64,000 nt of DNA, taken from the NCBI RefSeq assembly GCF_018350175.1, contig NC_058382.1:51028001-51092000 (forward strand), given 5' to 3'. How positions within the stretch are numbered: the first letter of the stretch is position 1; the number at the start of each line of letters is the position of its first letter. This DNA is from Felis catus (lineage: Eukaryota). Made by a program: the position numbers and the translations under genes. The notes beneath the pieces are model-generated. The model was not told the origin of the DNA. It did no database searches and worked only from the letters and a program-made list of their open reading frames with translations. Of the stretch, positions 26,023 through 38,770 are shown piece after piece.

Positions 26023-26154
26023 AAGAATGTTTTTGGAATGAAGTTCCAACTAAATATATAAATATATATTTTAATATACTGGCAGGTACCTGTCATCAAT
26101 AATTTTCAGATATATTTGAATTTAACTAGGTAGGAAAATAGGTTTTTAAAGTTT

Positions 26155-26680
26155 GCCAAAGAAATTCCACTCCTAGGTATTCATTCAAGAGAAAGGAACA
26201 CAAATGTCCATTAAAATGCACATATAATAATGTTCACATCATCTTTATATATAAAAGGGAAACAACACAAATATCTATCACCAGGTGAATTGATACGCAA
26301 ACCTGGTGCATCCATAGATGAGAGTATCGCTCAGCACTAAAACGGAACTCAGGATATGTGCCACAAAATGGACCAATCCCCAAAACATCACGCTGAGTGG
26401 AAGAAATCAGGTGCAAAACACTACCTACCATAAGAGTCCACTTAAATGAAGTTCTAGAACAAGCAAAATTCACCTACAGTAACACAAAACGGATCAGTGA
26501 TTGCCTAGGCCTGGAAGTAAGGAGACAAAAAGAAGTTTGGGGAGGTGATGGAACACTCTATACCTTGATTATGGTGGTGGTTGTCTAGGTGTATCATTTG
26601 TCAAAACTCAACGAATTGTACACTTCTGGTATTTTATTATATAAGTAAAGTACGCCCTAAGGAACTTGATTAGAAAAAAT
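26155..26680 (+). mobile_element. Old L1M 3' fragment
   Basis: aattccactcctaggtattcattcaagagaa...gatcagtgattgcctagg...catttgtcaaaactcaacgaattgtacactt. Confidence 0.8.
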
Positions 26681-27597
26681 TTATAAGGGAATTTACCTCA
26701 CAAGCATGATTTCAAGGGCAACAACTCTAACTTATTTAACACACATCATTATCTCACGTATCTTCTTAAACACACAGCAAATACACTGGGGCTTATTTTG
26801 TAATATAATGAAATCTGGTGCGTTAATTATGTTCACTTCCTTACGTATGTGAGCAATCATAATATTTACCACATAGATACACAGGTACGCTTTGCTCCTT
26901 TGGGCATCTACCAGACACATCTATATGTTGTTTTGGAACTGTGCTGTCTACAGAAAATAACACCATTTTGTATTTAGAAAAAAATGTCATCCTTAATCTT
27001 CTTGACACAACTCAAAGCAGAAAAAAAATAGCAGGTAATTTTTAATCTCTAGCTTGCATCTGGAGAAACTGAATATAACATATTAATCTAGTGGGTGCCC
27101 TTAGGTCACTAATGAGTCAGAAACACAGTCAGAAACTTAATTTCCATTCTGCTGATTTTCAAACCATTATGTCTATTTCCCAAAGACTTAATAAGATATC
27201 AACAAAGTCACTTGTAGGTATTAACATTTCCTCAATACTTCTATGCTGTTTCCTCTAGGGATAAACAGGTATGTCTATATCTATTTAATAATAACGACTC
27301 TTAACTGCACAAAAGAAATGGCCCTGATATCACTATTTCCAAGCTCAAAAAACATGCTGACATTTATTTCACATTCCACATGTGTGGGAAGGTCGATCCT
27401 ATCAATCAATACAGGCATTAGTCCCAAACCAGGATTTAAATTGATACGCCATCTTATATTCTTATTAAGAGCTAGACAGCCTTGAAGTTTCAGTGCCCTC
27501 ATTAGAGGCACGTATTTTTATTTTTATTGTTAAATTTAAGCAATGTGACAAGAAATAACCCCATAAAACAGTAAACCTCTGAATTATGGTAATTATC

Positions 27598-28045
27598 CCT
27601 ATATCAGTTTGCTAGGGCTCCCATAACAAAGTACCACTACCTGGGCAGCTTAAACAATAGAAATGTATGGTCTCCATTCTAGAGGCTGGAAGTCCAAGAT
27701 CAAGGTGTTGTCAGATTGGTTCCTTTTGAGGGCTGTGAGGAAGAAGCTGTTCCCTAGATTTGGAGGATTTGCCAGCAATCTTTGGCATGTCTTGGCTTGT
27801 GGAGGCATTACCCCTATGTCACATGGCATTGTCTCCTTGTGTGTTGTGCCCGTGTCCAAACTTCCCCTTTTTATGAAGGCACCAATCATGTTGGAGTGGG
27901 TGCCCCCCTTACTCCAGTATCACATCTGAAGTCGTTATATCTACAATGATGCTATTTCCAAACAAGATCACATTGTAAAGTACTGGAGGCTAGGACTTCA
28001 ACATTTAGATTTAGGGGAAGAAGACACAATTCAGTCCAAAACAGC
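27598..28045 (-). mobile_element. MaLR LTR (MLT1C-like)
   Basis: tttgctagggctcccataacaaagtaccac...gaggctggaagtccaagatcaaggtg...ctatttccaaacaagatcacatt...gacacaattcagtcc. Confidence 0.88.
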
Positions 28046-29981
28046 CCCAATTATCTTTCCAGTTCTCCCTGAGTACATCCTCATTTACACATATTTTAGA
28101 CATCTTTCCACATGCCCCTTTTGAAAACAGGACAGATGGCTCCAAGCTCCTGAAACACTGCTTATCTACCTGCTCCCCATCCTGGGCCCCACAAAGGGTC
28201 CTAACTTTGAGTGGAACTGAGATTGGGATCCCTGCAGTGCTACAAACCTGGAGACTTCTGTTCAAGGCCACAGAGGGCATTACAAGGTGGCTGGACTCAG
28301 CTGCTGCCACCTTACTAGTCCCAGCTTCCCACCTTCACCTGAACCCCTCCAGGGCAGCAAGGGGCTCCCCCTCTCCCCACAGGAAAGAGCAAGAATGAGG
28401 CCAGAGACGTGCAGAGAGGCCCAGGATCCAGGAGCCAGACGCAGACATGGGGCTAAGGCCCCTGCCCCACACACCTCCCACCCCCTTGCCGAGGGACAAA
28501 CACCCAGGTCTTAGGAGATCTGCCTGCGTTGCCCTTTCTGCTCTCATCTCTCACTTCTTCCCAACCTCAGACTCAGCATGGTGTTCTTCCTCCCTAGGCC
28601 CTCACACAGACATCCCCTTTCTACACGCCATCACTGCCACTGCGACCCTAACTTGGGTGACACCCACCCTTACTCGTAGCTCAGACGTCCCTCCCTAACT
28701 CCGACTACACCCCAGACTTAACCAGTTCATAACATGCCTGCCATGTAGCCACCCGATCACCTGTCTGACACTCACCTGTGCAGAAGCTCCGCGCAGCCTC
28801 CACTCCCCCAGCTCCAGCACCTGCCACTGGTCCGGGCCCGCTGACTGCCTAGTAACTATCTGTCGGTGCACAGACGAATGCACAGTATTTGCAGACGGCC
28901 TTGACTGTGTGGTTTAAGAGCACTCAGGAGATTCCTGTCTTGTTTTGTTTTACTCAACGTCCTATCTTCCCAGCATTCTGTTTAAACACCCTGTTTGGTG
29001 AAGCCTTTCCTCACGGGTAAATAACAGCCCCTATCTGGTCCCAGAATGTCAGAATCGGGAGCCGCCATGGAGACCACGTGATGTCGACCCCTCTTATTTT
29101 TAACCTGCCCAAGTCCTGCCAGCTCTTCAGTGACAGAGTGATGCTCCAAGCTGTCTCACCTCTCAGGTCTATTCAGCTGACCTCTAACTCCGGTTCCGGA
29201 CTCCGGGACTATGCACACACTTCCTGAGCCCACACTGTGCTCCGTGAGGTCCAGGCCAGAGCCCCACTGGTGGCCCCTGCTGATTTTATTGTGTATCCCA
29301 CCAACTAGACTTCTTTAAAATAAACTACTCAAAAGGGCAGCCCAGACACACACTCTAATAACATTCAAATAACGCAATTCAGGCTGTTTCCCCAGCCCTC
29401 AGTCCTCTTGCTTCCAGTGCCTTAGGCTCCCTTTAAAAGCATCTATTTTGCTGTGATTCCTACAGGAACTTTTCCATCTCTGGACTGCAGAAATAGCCCC
29501 ATGTGCATGTTTATATCAATGTGCAATCAATCATAGCCTGTTCTTTCCAAAATAGTTTTCTTTTTAAAGACCCAAAGCCATTTTGTGTATTTTTTCCCAG
29601 ACTTAAGTTTTGAATTGCTGTTTCAAACCAAAGGGTCACTTGGGAAGAAAATTAACAATCTTTCTGATTGCAGATCAAGATCTTCTTTTTTTCCATTATA
29701 ATTGCTATTGTTTTATCCTGAATACAAGAGTCTGCTAGGGCTCTAGAATTATAAAACAAAAACAGTTTGGCAATGATTTTTGTAAGAATTGCTGATACAC
29801 AGGATACAGAAGCAACATCTGAGAAAACGGCTCTTCAAAAAGCAAAATCTGAATGAGACCCCACCATAAAATCTGGTTGTGACCAGAAATACATTATGCT
29901 TGTGTAATACGGTGATCAAAACAATTCTGCATCTCCGTGCAATAGAAATGAAGGCCTAACATTTAAAAGCAATATAAATCA

Positions 29982-30220
29982 TGGCGCCTGAGTGGCTCGG
30001 TCAGTTAAGCGTCCGACTTCGGCTCAGGTCACGATCTCGCGGTCCGTGAGTTCGAGCCCCGCGTCGGGCTCCGTGCTGACAGCTCAGAGCCTAGAGCCTG
30101 TTTCAGATTCTGTGTCTCCCTCTCTCTCTGCCCCTCCCCTGTTCATGCTCTGTCTCCCTCTGTCTCAAAAATAAATAAAACGTTAAAAAATAAAATAAAA
30201 TAAAATAAAATAAAATAAAA
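29982..30220 (+). mobile_element. SINEC_Fc-type CanSINE with (TAAAA)n tail
   Basis: Intact B box. TSD taaaagcaatataaatca at 29964-29981 and 30221-30238. Confidence 0.96.
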
Positions 30221-32173
30221 TAAAAGCAATATAAATCAATAAAAATATTACTGATGGTCCTTGGTAGGGGTACCTGTGAAAATGTAGCATCTATAACTTG
30301 AAATTCTGGGCTTTGCAGTGTTTACAGTTGTACTTCTGTGGCTTGATTTCAACTTAAAAAAAGGGGGGGGATCAGTAGGTATATGAGCCATTCCAGCATG
30401 AAGAATGATCTGTTACCTACTAAATCAGAGTAGAGAATCCATGAGTACAGGGCAAGGTTGGCAAAAGAGAAGCATGGTCAGCTAACACTGCTTCTCACCT
30501 GAGACTGAACAGAAAGTCAATCTGTGGGTGAATGTGCTGGAATCACCGAATTACTGTTACATTTAAGTGTTCATGTTCGTCTTAAGGGATTTCATGCATA
30601 TTGGCCTCTTCTTTGAGTTTACAAATTCTAATCTTATTTTTTACCTTTATTTTCTTCCTAGTAAACTCAAAATATCCTTGAAATGTACTCAAATACCTAC
30701 ACTACAATATAATCCCCACTCACTTTTGTACGTTGTCCTTAATACATAATCTTTCCAATTCTCACATATTCTTGATTATCATTGAAAGACAACAATTTTA
30801 ACCCACCAAAAGAGCATAAATAATTAAGGCTAGTTGTTTCACTCCATCTCATGAAGCCAACTGTAAATCCAGCAAATTTTTGGTTCCTTTATATTTTGTA
30901 CAACAAAGAGATATTCTTTAAGACATTTCTAAGACAAATCACCTGCATCCACAGTAAATGAAAATTCAAAGTTCCTCATCTGAAGTTTATGAAGCTTAGA
31001 GGCCAAGTTAGGGCATGGAAGCTGCTAACTCACAGTTGATCGATCCAGGGCCACAGAAAATATTCTGAGAAATAAAATTTGGTGACGTAAACTGTAAGTT
31101 ATCTTGTCACATTAGCAGTGCTGAAACTTGTTACCTTCTGATGATTCCATACTCTGCAACACAAACCCAAATCACTCTTTAGAGGCTCCAAACCCTATTT
31201 TCAACTCCCTCGGATACAGGCACCCAGTACATCTGATACCACTCTGGAGCTTACAAGTCTTCTCTACCCTTCCTGTATTTTCCCTTGGTGTTTACACCCC
31301 CACCCACTGGAACGACCAAGTCCAAAGCCCAGGAGTCCTGTTATCTGTCTCTGTCCCACCACAGACAATCCATCACTGCATCCTCACCACTCTGCAGTGG
31401 AGTCCTGGCAAAACGGCTCACCGTGCAGAACATAAACCACAGCCTGAAGCACTAGAAAACATTTTGACAAACCTAAATTTGGGGAATCGACAAACCTAAT
31501 GGGCGGGCAGTCAGGAGAAAGTAAAGAAACTAAAATACAGAATCTGAGAGATTCAGGATACCTTGCTTTGTGCCTAGATGTTCATCTTGGGTCACCACTT
31601 AAATAAATTCCAGGGAAAATGAAGGCAAATCTGTCAGGAAGTGTTTCTTTTATATCCAAGTTCACCCTCTGTTCACATGAAACAAAATGCCTTCACTTAA
31701 ATTAGCTTTATAAAAATGTAAATATGTCAGTTGACATGGTTTCCCCTACGACGTCACCACAAGTTTCAAAAACTGTCATGATTTTTGTCTTTGGGATTTC
31801 TTATAACTTCCCCTTGTAACTTCTTAGACTCAACAACAGAAAGGTTATCATCACCTCAACCCCCACCTGTATACCCTTCTAGTCACTACTTTACCACAGG
31901 AACTCACGATATTGAAATCTCACCTAACAGATTGGATGTGCCTGATTTTAGACTTCTATAAATAGAATTGCAAGGTTATGTGTTCCTTTTTTGTCCAACT
32001 TCTCTCACTCATCACAATGTATATGAAATCCGGCCATGCTGTACCATGAAGTAGTCAGTTCTTTCTTACTTTTGTGTAGTATCCCGTTGAATAAATATAC
32101 CACAACTGATCCATTATACTAGGATAGACATTCAGGTTGTTTTCAGTTTGGGGGTATCACAAATAATATTTCT

Positions 32174-32198
32174 TTTTTTTAAATATCTATTTATTTTT

Positions 32199-32229
<31 letters not shown>

Positions 32230-32397
32230 TGTGAGCAGAGGAGGGGCAGGGAAAGAGGGAAACACAGAATCCGAAGCAGGCTCCAGGCTCTGAGCTGTCA
32301 GCACAGAGCCTGGACGTGGGGCTTGAGCCCACGAACCGCGAAACCATGACTTCGGCCAAAGTTGGATACTCCACCGACTGAGCCACCCAGGTTCCCC
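32174..32397 (-). mobile_element. CanSINE nested in old L1
   Basis: TSD tatcacaaataatatttct at 32155-32173 and 32398-32416. Confidence 0.95.
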
Positions 32398-32674
32398 TAT
32401 CACAAATAATATTTCTACACACATTCTTCTCCATGTCTTTTGGTGAAGATGTGTACATACTTCTGGAGTGCGGATGCTAGGCCATTATGCAAGTATTTCT
32501 CATTAATACATAATGTCAGTTTTCCAGAGAGATTGTACCACTCTCCGCCTGACAGGTGTATGAGAATTCCAGTCCAGCCATTTCCTCCCCAGCATCTGAA
32601 GATTCTCAATCTTTTTCATTCTAGCCATTCAAGTGAGCATACAATGCTATCATGTTATTTTTTTTCTCCTGGTA

Positions 32675-33050
32675 ATTTTTTTTTAATTCCAGTATAATTA
32701 TCATATAGTGTTCTATTAGTTTCAAGTGTACAATATAGTGATTCAACAATTCTATACATTACTCAGTGCTCGTCATGATAAGTGTACTGTTAATCCCTTT
32801 TACCTAGTTCATCCATCCCCTCACCCCCTCCCCTCTGGTAACCACCAGTGTGTTCTCTATAGTTAAGAGTCTGCTTTTTGGTTTGTCTGTTATTTTCTTT
32901 GTTCATTTGTTCTGTTTCTCAAATTCCACATATGGATGAAATCCTACTTGGCTTTTTCTGATTGACTTTTTTCACTTAACATTACACCCTCTAGCTCCAT
33001 GTCGGTGCAAATGACAAGATTTCATTCTTTTGTGGGTAATATTTCATTAC

Positions 33051-33084
<34 letters not shown>

Positions 33085-33089
33085 CGTAA

Positions 33090-33137
<48 letters not shown>

Positions 33138-33478
33138 CATATATACCACATCTTTATCCATTCATCTATCGATGGTCACTTGGGTTGCTTCCATAATTTG
33201 GCTATTGAAAATAATGCTACAATAAACAGAGGGTGCGTGTATCTTTTCAAATTAATGTTTTCATCTTCTTTGGGAAAATACCCAGTAGTGGAATTACTGG
33301 ATCATATGGTAACTCTATTTTTAACTTTTTGAAGACCCGCCCCCCCCCCCCCGCGCCCCCGGAATACGATTTTCCACAGTGGCTGCACGAGTTTGCATTC
33401 CCACCAAGAGTGCACAAGGGTTCCCTTTACTCCACATCCTCACCAACACGTATTGTTTCCTGTGTTTTTGATACTAGG
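32675..33478 (-). mobile_element. Carnivore L1 (L1_Carn-like) 3' end
   Basis: ttttaattccagtata...tgtacaatatagtgattcaacaattcta...ggctattgaaaataatgct...ttgcattcccaccaagagtgcacaagggttccc. Contains a (TA)(CA)n microsatellite at ~33051-33135. Confidence 0.88.
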
Positions 33479-35443
33479 CTACCATGTTATCTATCTATCT
33501 ATCCATTTATTGTCTTCTCAGAAAACAGTGAACACATTTTCACACCTTTATTGGCCATTTGAATAGCCTACTTATAAAGCGCTCACTTAAGGTTTCTTGC
33601 ACCTATTTAAAGGATTCTCCTTTTTAATACTGCTTTATAGGAATTCTTCACAGAGTTTGAAAATAATATCGCAGATGTCTCCTCCTACTTCGTAGCTTGA
33701 CTTTTCACGTTCTCAGGGAAATCTTCTGATGAATGGAAGTTCTTAATGTAGTTCAACTGGTCCACTTTTTCCCTTAAAGTTAGTGCTTTTCATGTCCTAT
33801 CATATTAGATTTTTGCCTATCCCAAGGTCACAAAAATATTTTCCTGGGCTTTCTTTTATAAGTTTCATTGTTGTGTCTTTCAAAAGGGCCACATTTTATG
33901 TGTAGGTTTAGTTGTGAAGCAGACATTTTCATAATAATAAGCCCTAATAAATGCTACAACTTTAGTCATTGTATGAAAAGTCATGAAGCAGAGACAAAAG
34001 CAGTATATATTCTTTCTCTTGCTTTTCTTTATCCTGGGTAAAAGAAAGAGAAGCTTCACTTGAACATAGTCAAATGGTGTGATTCCAAAGTCCTTACTGA
34101 TGTTTCTTTCCCACAGAGACTTTCTGGATATCTCCATGCCCTGGTTCCCAGAGGCTCAGAGGCTTGGCTTTCCCGGGAAGCTTCTGATCTATGAGGTGCC
34201 AAAGGTGAGAAAAGATAAGACCAAGAATGACTGGGGCATCCAGGTCCTTGCTGAAAAAAAATACAGAGCACTCTGGCAAACTGAGTGATGCGATTTCCTA
34301 CAAACTGCTGAGACATTCTCTTTACTTCTTTAAAGAAAGGGTATAAAGTCTCTTAAAGGTGAACCAGTTACATTATAACCAGAACACCCTGCTGTCCCTG
34401 CCTATTTTTTGCAACACGGACACTTTAAACAAATACAGGTAAAATGTGTGTGTGTGCCCTCGTAGGTTACTTGGACTGCTGAAAAAACAGTCCCTGAAAT
34501 AAACTATGGAGAAGATTTTTAAATGAAAGCAGGAAAAACAGTGAGAAGGTAGTCCTTGGCACGTCTTAGAATTCTTACAAACTTTGTTCATAGCATACTG
34601 AATTTTTTCCCTACAAGTGTGACTTGCCATGATTTTGCAGTTGGTTCCTTTCAGATAAGGGTGCTCCTTAGAATTTTCTTTTTTGCAAACGCATTTCAAA
34701 AAATGTTTATTTCTATGCTCTGAAAGTTGGTAACATGGCTAAACTAGTCATCTATTTGTGTTTGTAAGAAATGGTGTGAGATTCTTATATAAAAGTGTGG
34801 AAGGGTAATTATTTGTCAGCAACAACATGAATACACTTAGTCATTTTGGATCAATGGCAGTGTCCTGCCTAGCCAGAGAGAGTCACAGGGAAATGCACGT
34901 GGCTGGACCCTCCCATGTACTGTGGCACGCCCAGTCACATAATGCCCGCTAATCACAGGGTTTTGGGGAAGTAACTGTTGACAGGCAGTCATACTAAAAT
35001 CACTGAACCAAACATATTTTGGTATCTTGGTGATGATGATGAAAGGGGAAAAGTCCCCTGAAAATGAGGAAAAGTGATGAGTTCTACAATAAAGGTGAAA
35101 CCATGCCTGATAATCCCCCTGATGTTCTATCTCTGAAGCATTAAAGCAGCATTAACAGGAGGGAAAACCAGGCTAAGTCAATCATCAAAAAACAGACCTG
35201 TAATTTATGGCCCTTTGTTCTGCATGTTTCCAACTCCTCTGTTAAGCATTTTGCTCAGTTGAAAAAAGAATTCAGTAGTAACACTTGGCGTGGTCTTGAC
35301 TCCTGTCCAGAAGTGTTCTCTCGAGAACATTCGGCACCAACCACAAAGGCAGCCTGGCCAGCTCTGTGGGCAGTCCTCAGATGCCAGGATCACGGGACAA
35401 TCCCACCTGCTCTTTTGGTCCACCACTGTGCCTTTTTACTTTA

Positions 35444-35639
35444 TTATCATTTTTTATTATTTATTTATTTTTGAGGAGGCGGGAGCTGGGAAGGGGCAGA
35501 GAGGGGAGGTGGCACAGAGGATCCAAAGCAGCCTCTGAGCTGACAGCAGAGAGGCCCCTGCAGGGCTTGAACTCACGAACCATGAGATCATGACCTGAGC
35601 TGAGGTCGGATGCTCAACTGATGAAGCCACCCAGGCGCC
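35444..35639 (-). mobile_element. CanSINE
   Basis: TSD ctgtgcctttttacttta at 35426-35443 and 35640-35657. Confidence 0.94.
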
Positions 35640-35930
35640 CTGTGCCTTTTTACTTTAAAACTCACACAATAGGAAATGGTGGCACCTGCTGTGATGGTTG
35701 CTGCCTGAGCACAAGACAGGCTGTCAAGTAAACACTGGGTTCTGAGTATCTTTAATAAAAATGTTTACGTACCCGCTCATTTGTAATACTGACATGAAAC
35801 AAGGAGGAAAAAACCCAGAAGCAAAGGTAAGACTGTCTCTATGGTTTTAAACCATCCCTCATGCCAATTTTAACCATATTCTTTACAGGTCCTCTAAATG
35901 AAGCATGCCTCTATAAAGAAATAATGCTGG

Positions 35931-36157
35931 GGGCGCCTGGGTGGCGCAGTCGGTTAAGCGTCCGACTTCAGCCAGGTCACGATCTCGCGGTCTGTGACTT
36001 CGAGCCCCGCATCGGGCTCTGGGCTGATGGCTCAGAGCCTGGAGCCTGTTTCCGATGCTGTGTCTCCCTCTCTCTCTGCCCCTCCCCCGTTCATGCTCTG
36101 TCTCTCTCTGTCCCAAAAATAAATAAACGTTGAAAAAAAAAAAAAAAAAAAAAAGAA
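35931..36157 (+). mobile_element. Young SINEC_Fc-type CanSINE with long pure A tail
   Basis: Near-consensus body, ~22-nt A run. TSD aaagaaataatgctgg at 35915-35930 and 36158-36173. Confidence 0.97.
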
Positions 36158-37423
36158 AAAGAAATAATGCTGGTTTCCAAAGACAGGTTTAAAACAGCAT
36201 TTACTTTCCTAATCTTCAGAATTCCAAACGTGGATTGTGATTATAAAATGGTTAGCTATAATTCTATAGGCATTCATTAAATTATTTGGTTATTATGGTT
36301 CTCCCTATCCCCATACACTGTAAACTCTCCAGTGGCAAGGACTGTATGTAATTTTCCTCAGCATTATGTCCCCAGATCTAGTACGATATTATCAAGATGA
36401 GGGTTATTATTCCCATTTGACGGGTTAAAAACCACTGAGGCTCAAATTCGTTAACTTTAGTAGCCAGCCACGGCAAAACGTGCACAGGAACACAGTCATT
36501 TTGATTCCAAATGGAAGCTCACTCTCATGTTTTACTGCTTTCCCATTTCATTTCAAAACCCCATGCCTCTCTTATCTCCCGTCCCACTCATTAATCATGC
36601 CTATGGATCATCGTTATCCATTAATTAGAAGTGCACATTAAACCCTGACATTCATATAAATCCATCAACTCATTTTTTTCCCAAATATCAAGGACCAAGT
36701 ATATGCTAATTGAAGTTCCTGTTCCAGTTAAGGTGTTTTCTAATACTATTTCTCATGTGTAGGAGAAATTGCTGAGCACAATTACTGATATTTAGGGGGT
36801 TTTGTTTGTTTTATCGAATTGGCTTTTCTCTTTAGCTTCAATCCCAAATACAGTTAAAAGGCAACGATTTAAAACTCTAAAGAAACACTACTTCTTTCCT
36901 CTGCCACCAGACTGATCACAAGGGAGCAGATACTACCTTTGAAAAGAAAGTAGGGAGGCTCATAAAATCACCGAGGCCCAGAAGGAAGCCTCTTGCTTCC
37001 CTGGGACAGCTCACACGGTGCCAGATGGAGCCGGCCTGTTTGTCCCCACAGGCTCTCACGGAGAGAGACTAGAGAAGAATTATCGTGTTTTTTATCGTTG
37101 TTGCCCATCTAGGACTGTGTCTGTGGGTTTCATAGAACGAAGGCAACACAGCATCCTCATTCGTAAGATGAGGGCCATTGGTCAATATGGGGAACATGCT
37201 TCTTGACCTGGGCCCTCATTCCTGGCGGGCCCTGGGGTCAGTTCACCATCTGGGCCAGCCACCATCACGAGCCCTATTTCAACACGTCTCTCACTACCTT
37301 CGAAAGTAGGTCCCAGTTTTCAACCCTGTGCCTTTCCCCAGCACAAATCACCTTTGGCTTTTGCCACTTTCCTACACCGTGGGAGGTTCCCTGTTCTTCC
37401 CAACTTTTCTACCAAGAAGAGGT

Positions 37424-37491
37424 AAAATAATAATAATAAAATAAATAAAATAAAATAAAATAAAATAAAATAAAATAAAATAAAATAAAAA
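37424..37491 (+). repeat. (AAT)n/(AAAAT)n microsatellite
   Basis: Directly visible. Confidence 0.9.
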
Positions 37492-38548
37492 TCCACGTAT
37501 TTTTGAGTCCCTCAGCCAGAGCAGTATTTAATACCTATTGGAAATAATTTCTCGAATAGGTGCAACATGTTAAGGCTTCAGACACTCAACAAGATTCACT
37601 AAAATTTTTGTGAAGCTCCAAACATCCTCATTCCTACTGGGCCAGATGGCCTCATGTTGTCAACCAGGGCGTGATTCATGCAACTGAGGGGAAATCAGGA
37701 CCACAGGGCAGTTCTAGCCTGAAACTTTCAGGCTCTGTCCTACCTCTCATCGAATTGGTGACTCATCGGGGAAATGAACACAGCCACAACTTAAAGCGTG
37801 CTCTAACAATGACTTTAAAACACGAGGAATCTCTTCTTGTCTAGGTATTCAAAGCTGACCAAGTGCTATACATATAGACTATCTCCTTGGCCACAGGCCA
37901 GGCAAGTGTGGGATTGCCAAGGTCCAACCCCACACATTTCACAGGGAAGAATGGAAATAAACAAATCCAGGGATTGGCAAGTTCAGGGTGGGTGGGTTAC
38001 CATGGAGTAGGCATAGACCAATCTCTGAACCTCAATGCTGTTCCTGATTTTTAGGGACTATATTGACCTGTCAAATTTGTTAGATTGCATCCAGATGGTA
38101 TAACTGAGTCCAGACGACCTCTTTTTTTTTTTTTTTTTTCCTGCTATTTCGGGTCAGAACTTTCCAAAGCAGCTGCAGCTCTCCTTCCTCCTGCTGGTGC
38201 CTGACCACTCAGAGTCTTTTGAACCTTCCATGCTCAGTGTCACCCCAGGGTCAAGTGTGTGTGCACAGGCTCAAGGCCTAGCAACAACAGTCCTTTATTA
38301 TACCGTATTTGCTTTCTGAATTAACAACAGGGACACTACATGTGCCCTGCGGTAGTTTCACAGTAGGGTTAACGACACAAGCTCTTGCACCAGAACTGGA
38401 GGGAATTCTTGGTTGTACCTCTTGACTTTTAGGTGACTTTAGGCAAGTAAATGAATCTTCCTAAACCTCAGTTTCCTTATCTGGAAAGTGAAAGTCACAC
38501 CTTGCTCATGAGATGATTCCCAGGACGCATTCATTTAAAAAAGTGCAT

Positions 38549-38699
38549 GGGGCACCTGGGTGGCTCAATTGAGCGTCCGACTCTTGAGTTCAGCTCACGT
38601 CATGATCCCAGGGTAGTGGCCTCTGCACTGGGCATGGGGCCTGCTTGGGATTCTTTCTCTTTCCCTCTCTCCCTCCCTGGCTCGTGCTCGCTCTCGCGC

Positions 38700-38755
<56 letters not shown>

Positions 38756-38770
38756 CCAAATAAAAAGAAA
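38549..38770 (+). mobile_element. CanSINE (older) with expanded (CT)n
   Basis: ggggcacctgggtggctca head. About 25 CT units at 38703-38753. Confidence 0.92.

Larger units (their letters stand above)
31815..33925 (-). mobile_element. Old L1M fragment with nested carnivore L1 3' end and SINE
   Basis: Reverse L1 motifs on both sides of the nested elements (gacattcaggttgttttcagtttgggg, tgtatgagaattccagt, attggccatttg, ttttgcctatcccaaggtcac). Confidence 0.75.

Noticed and set aside
11829..36133. Recurrent short ORFs such as GAPGWRSRLSVRLQPGHDL
   Set aside because: These are translations of SINEC_Fc copies, not a gene family.
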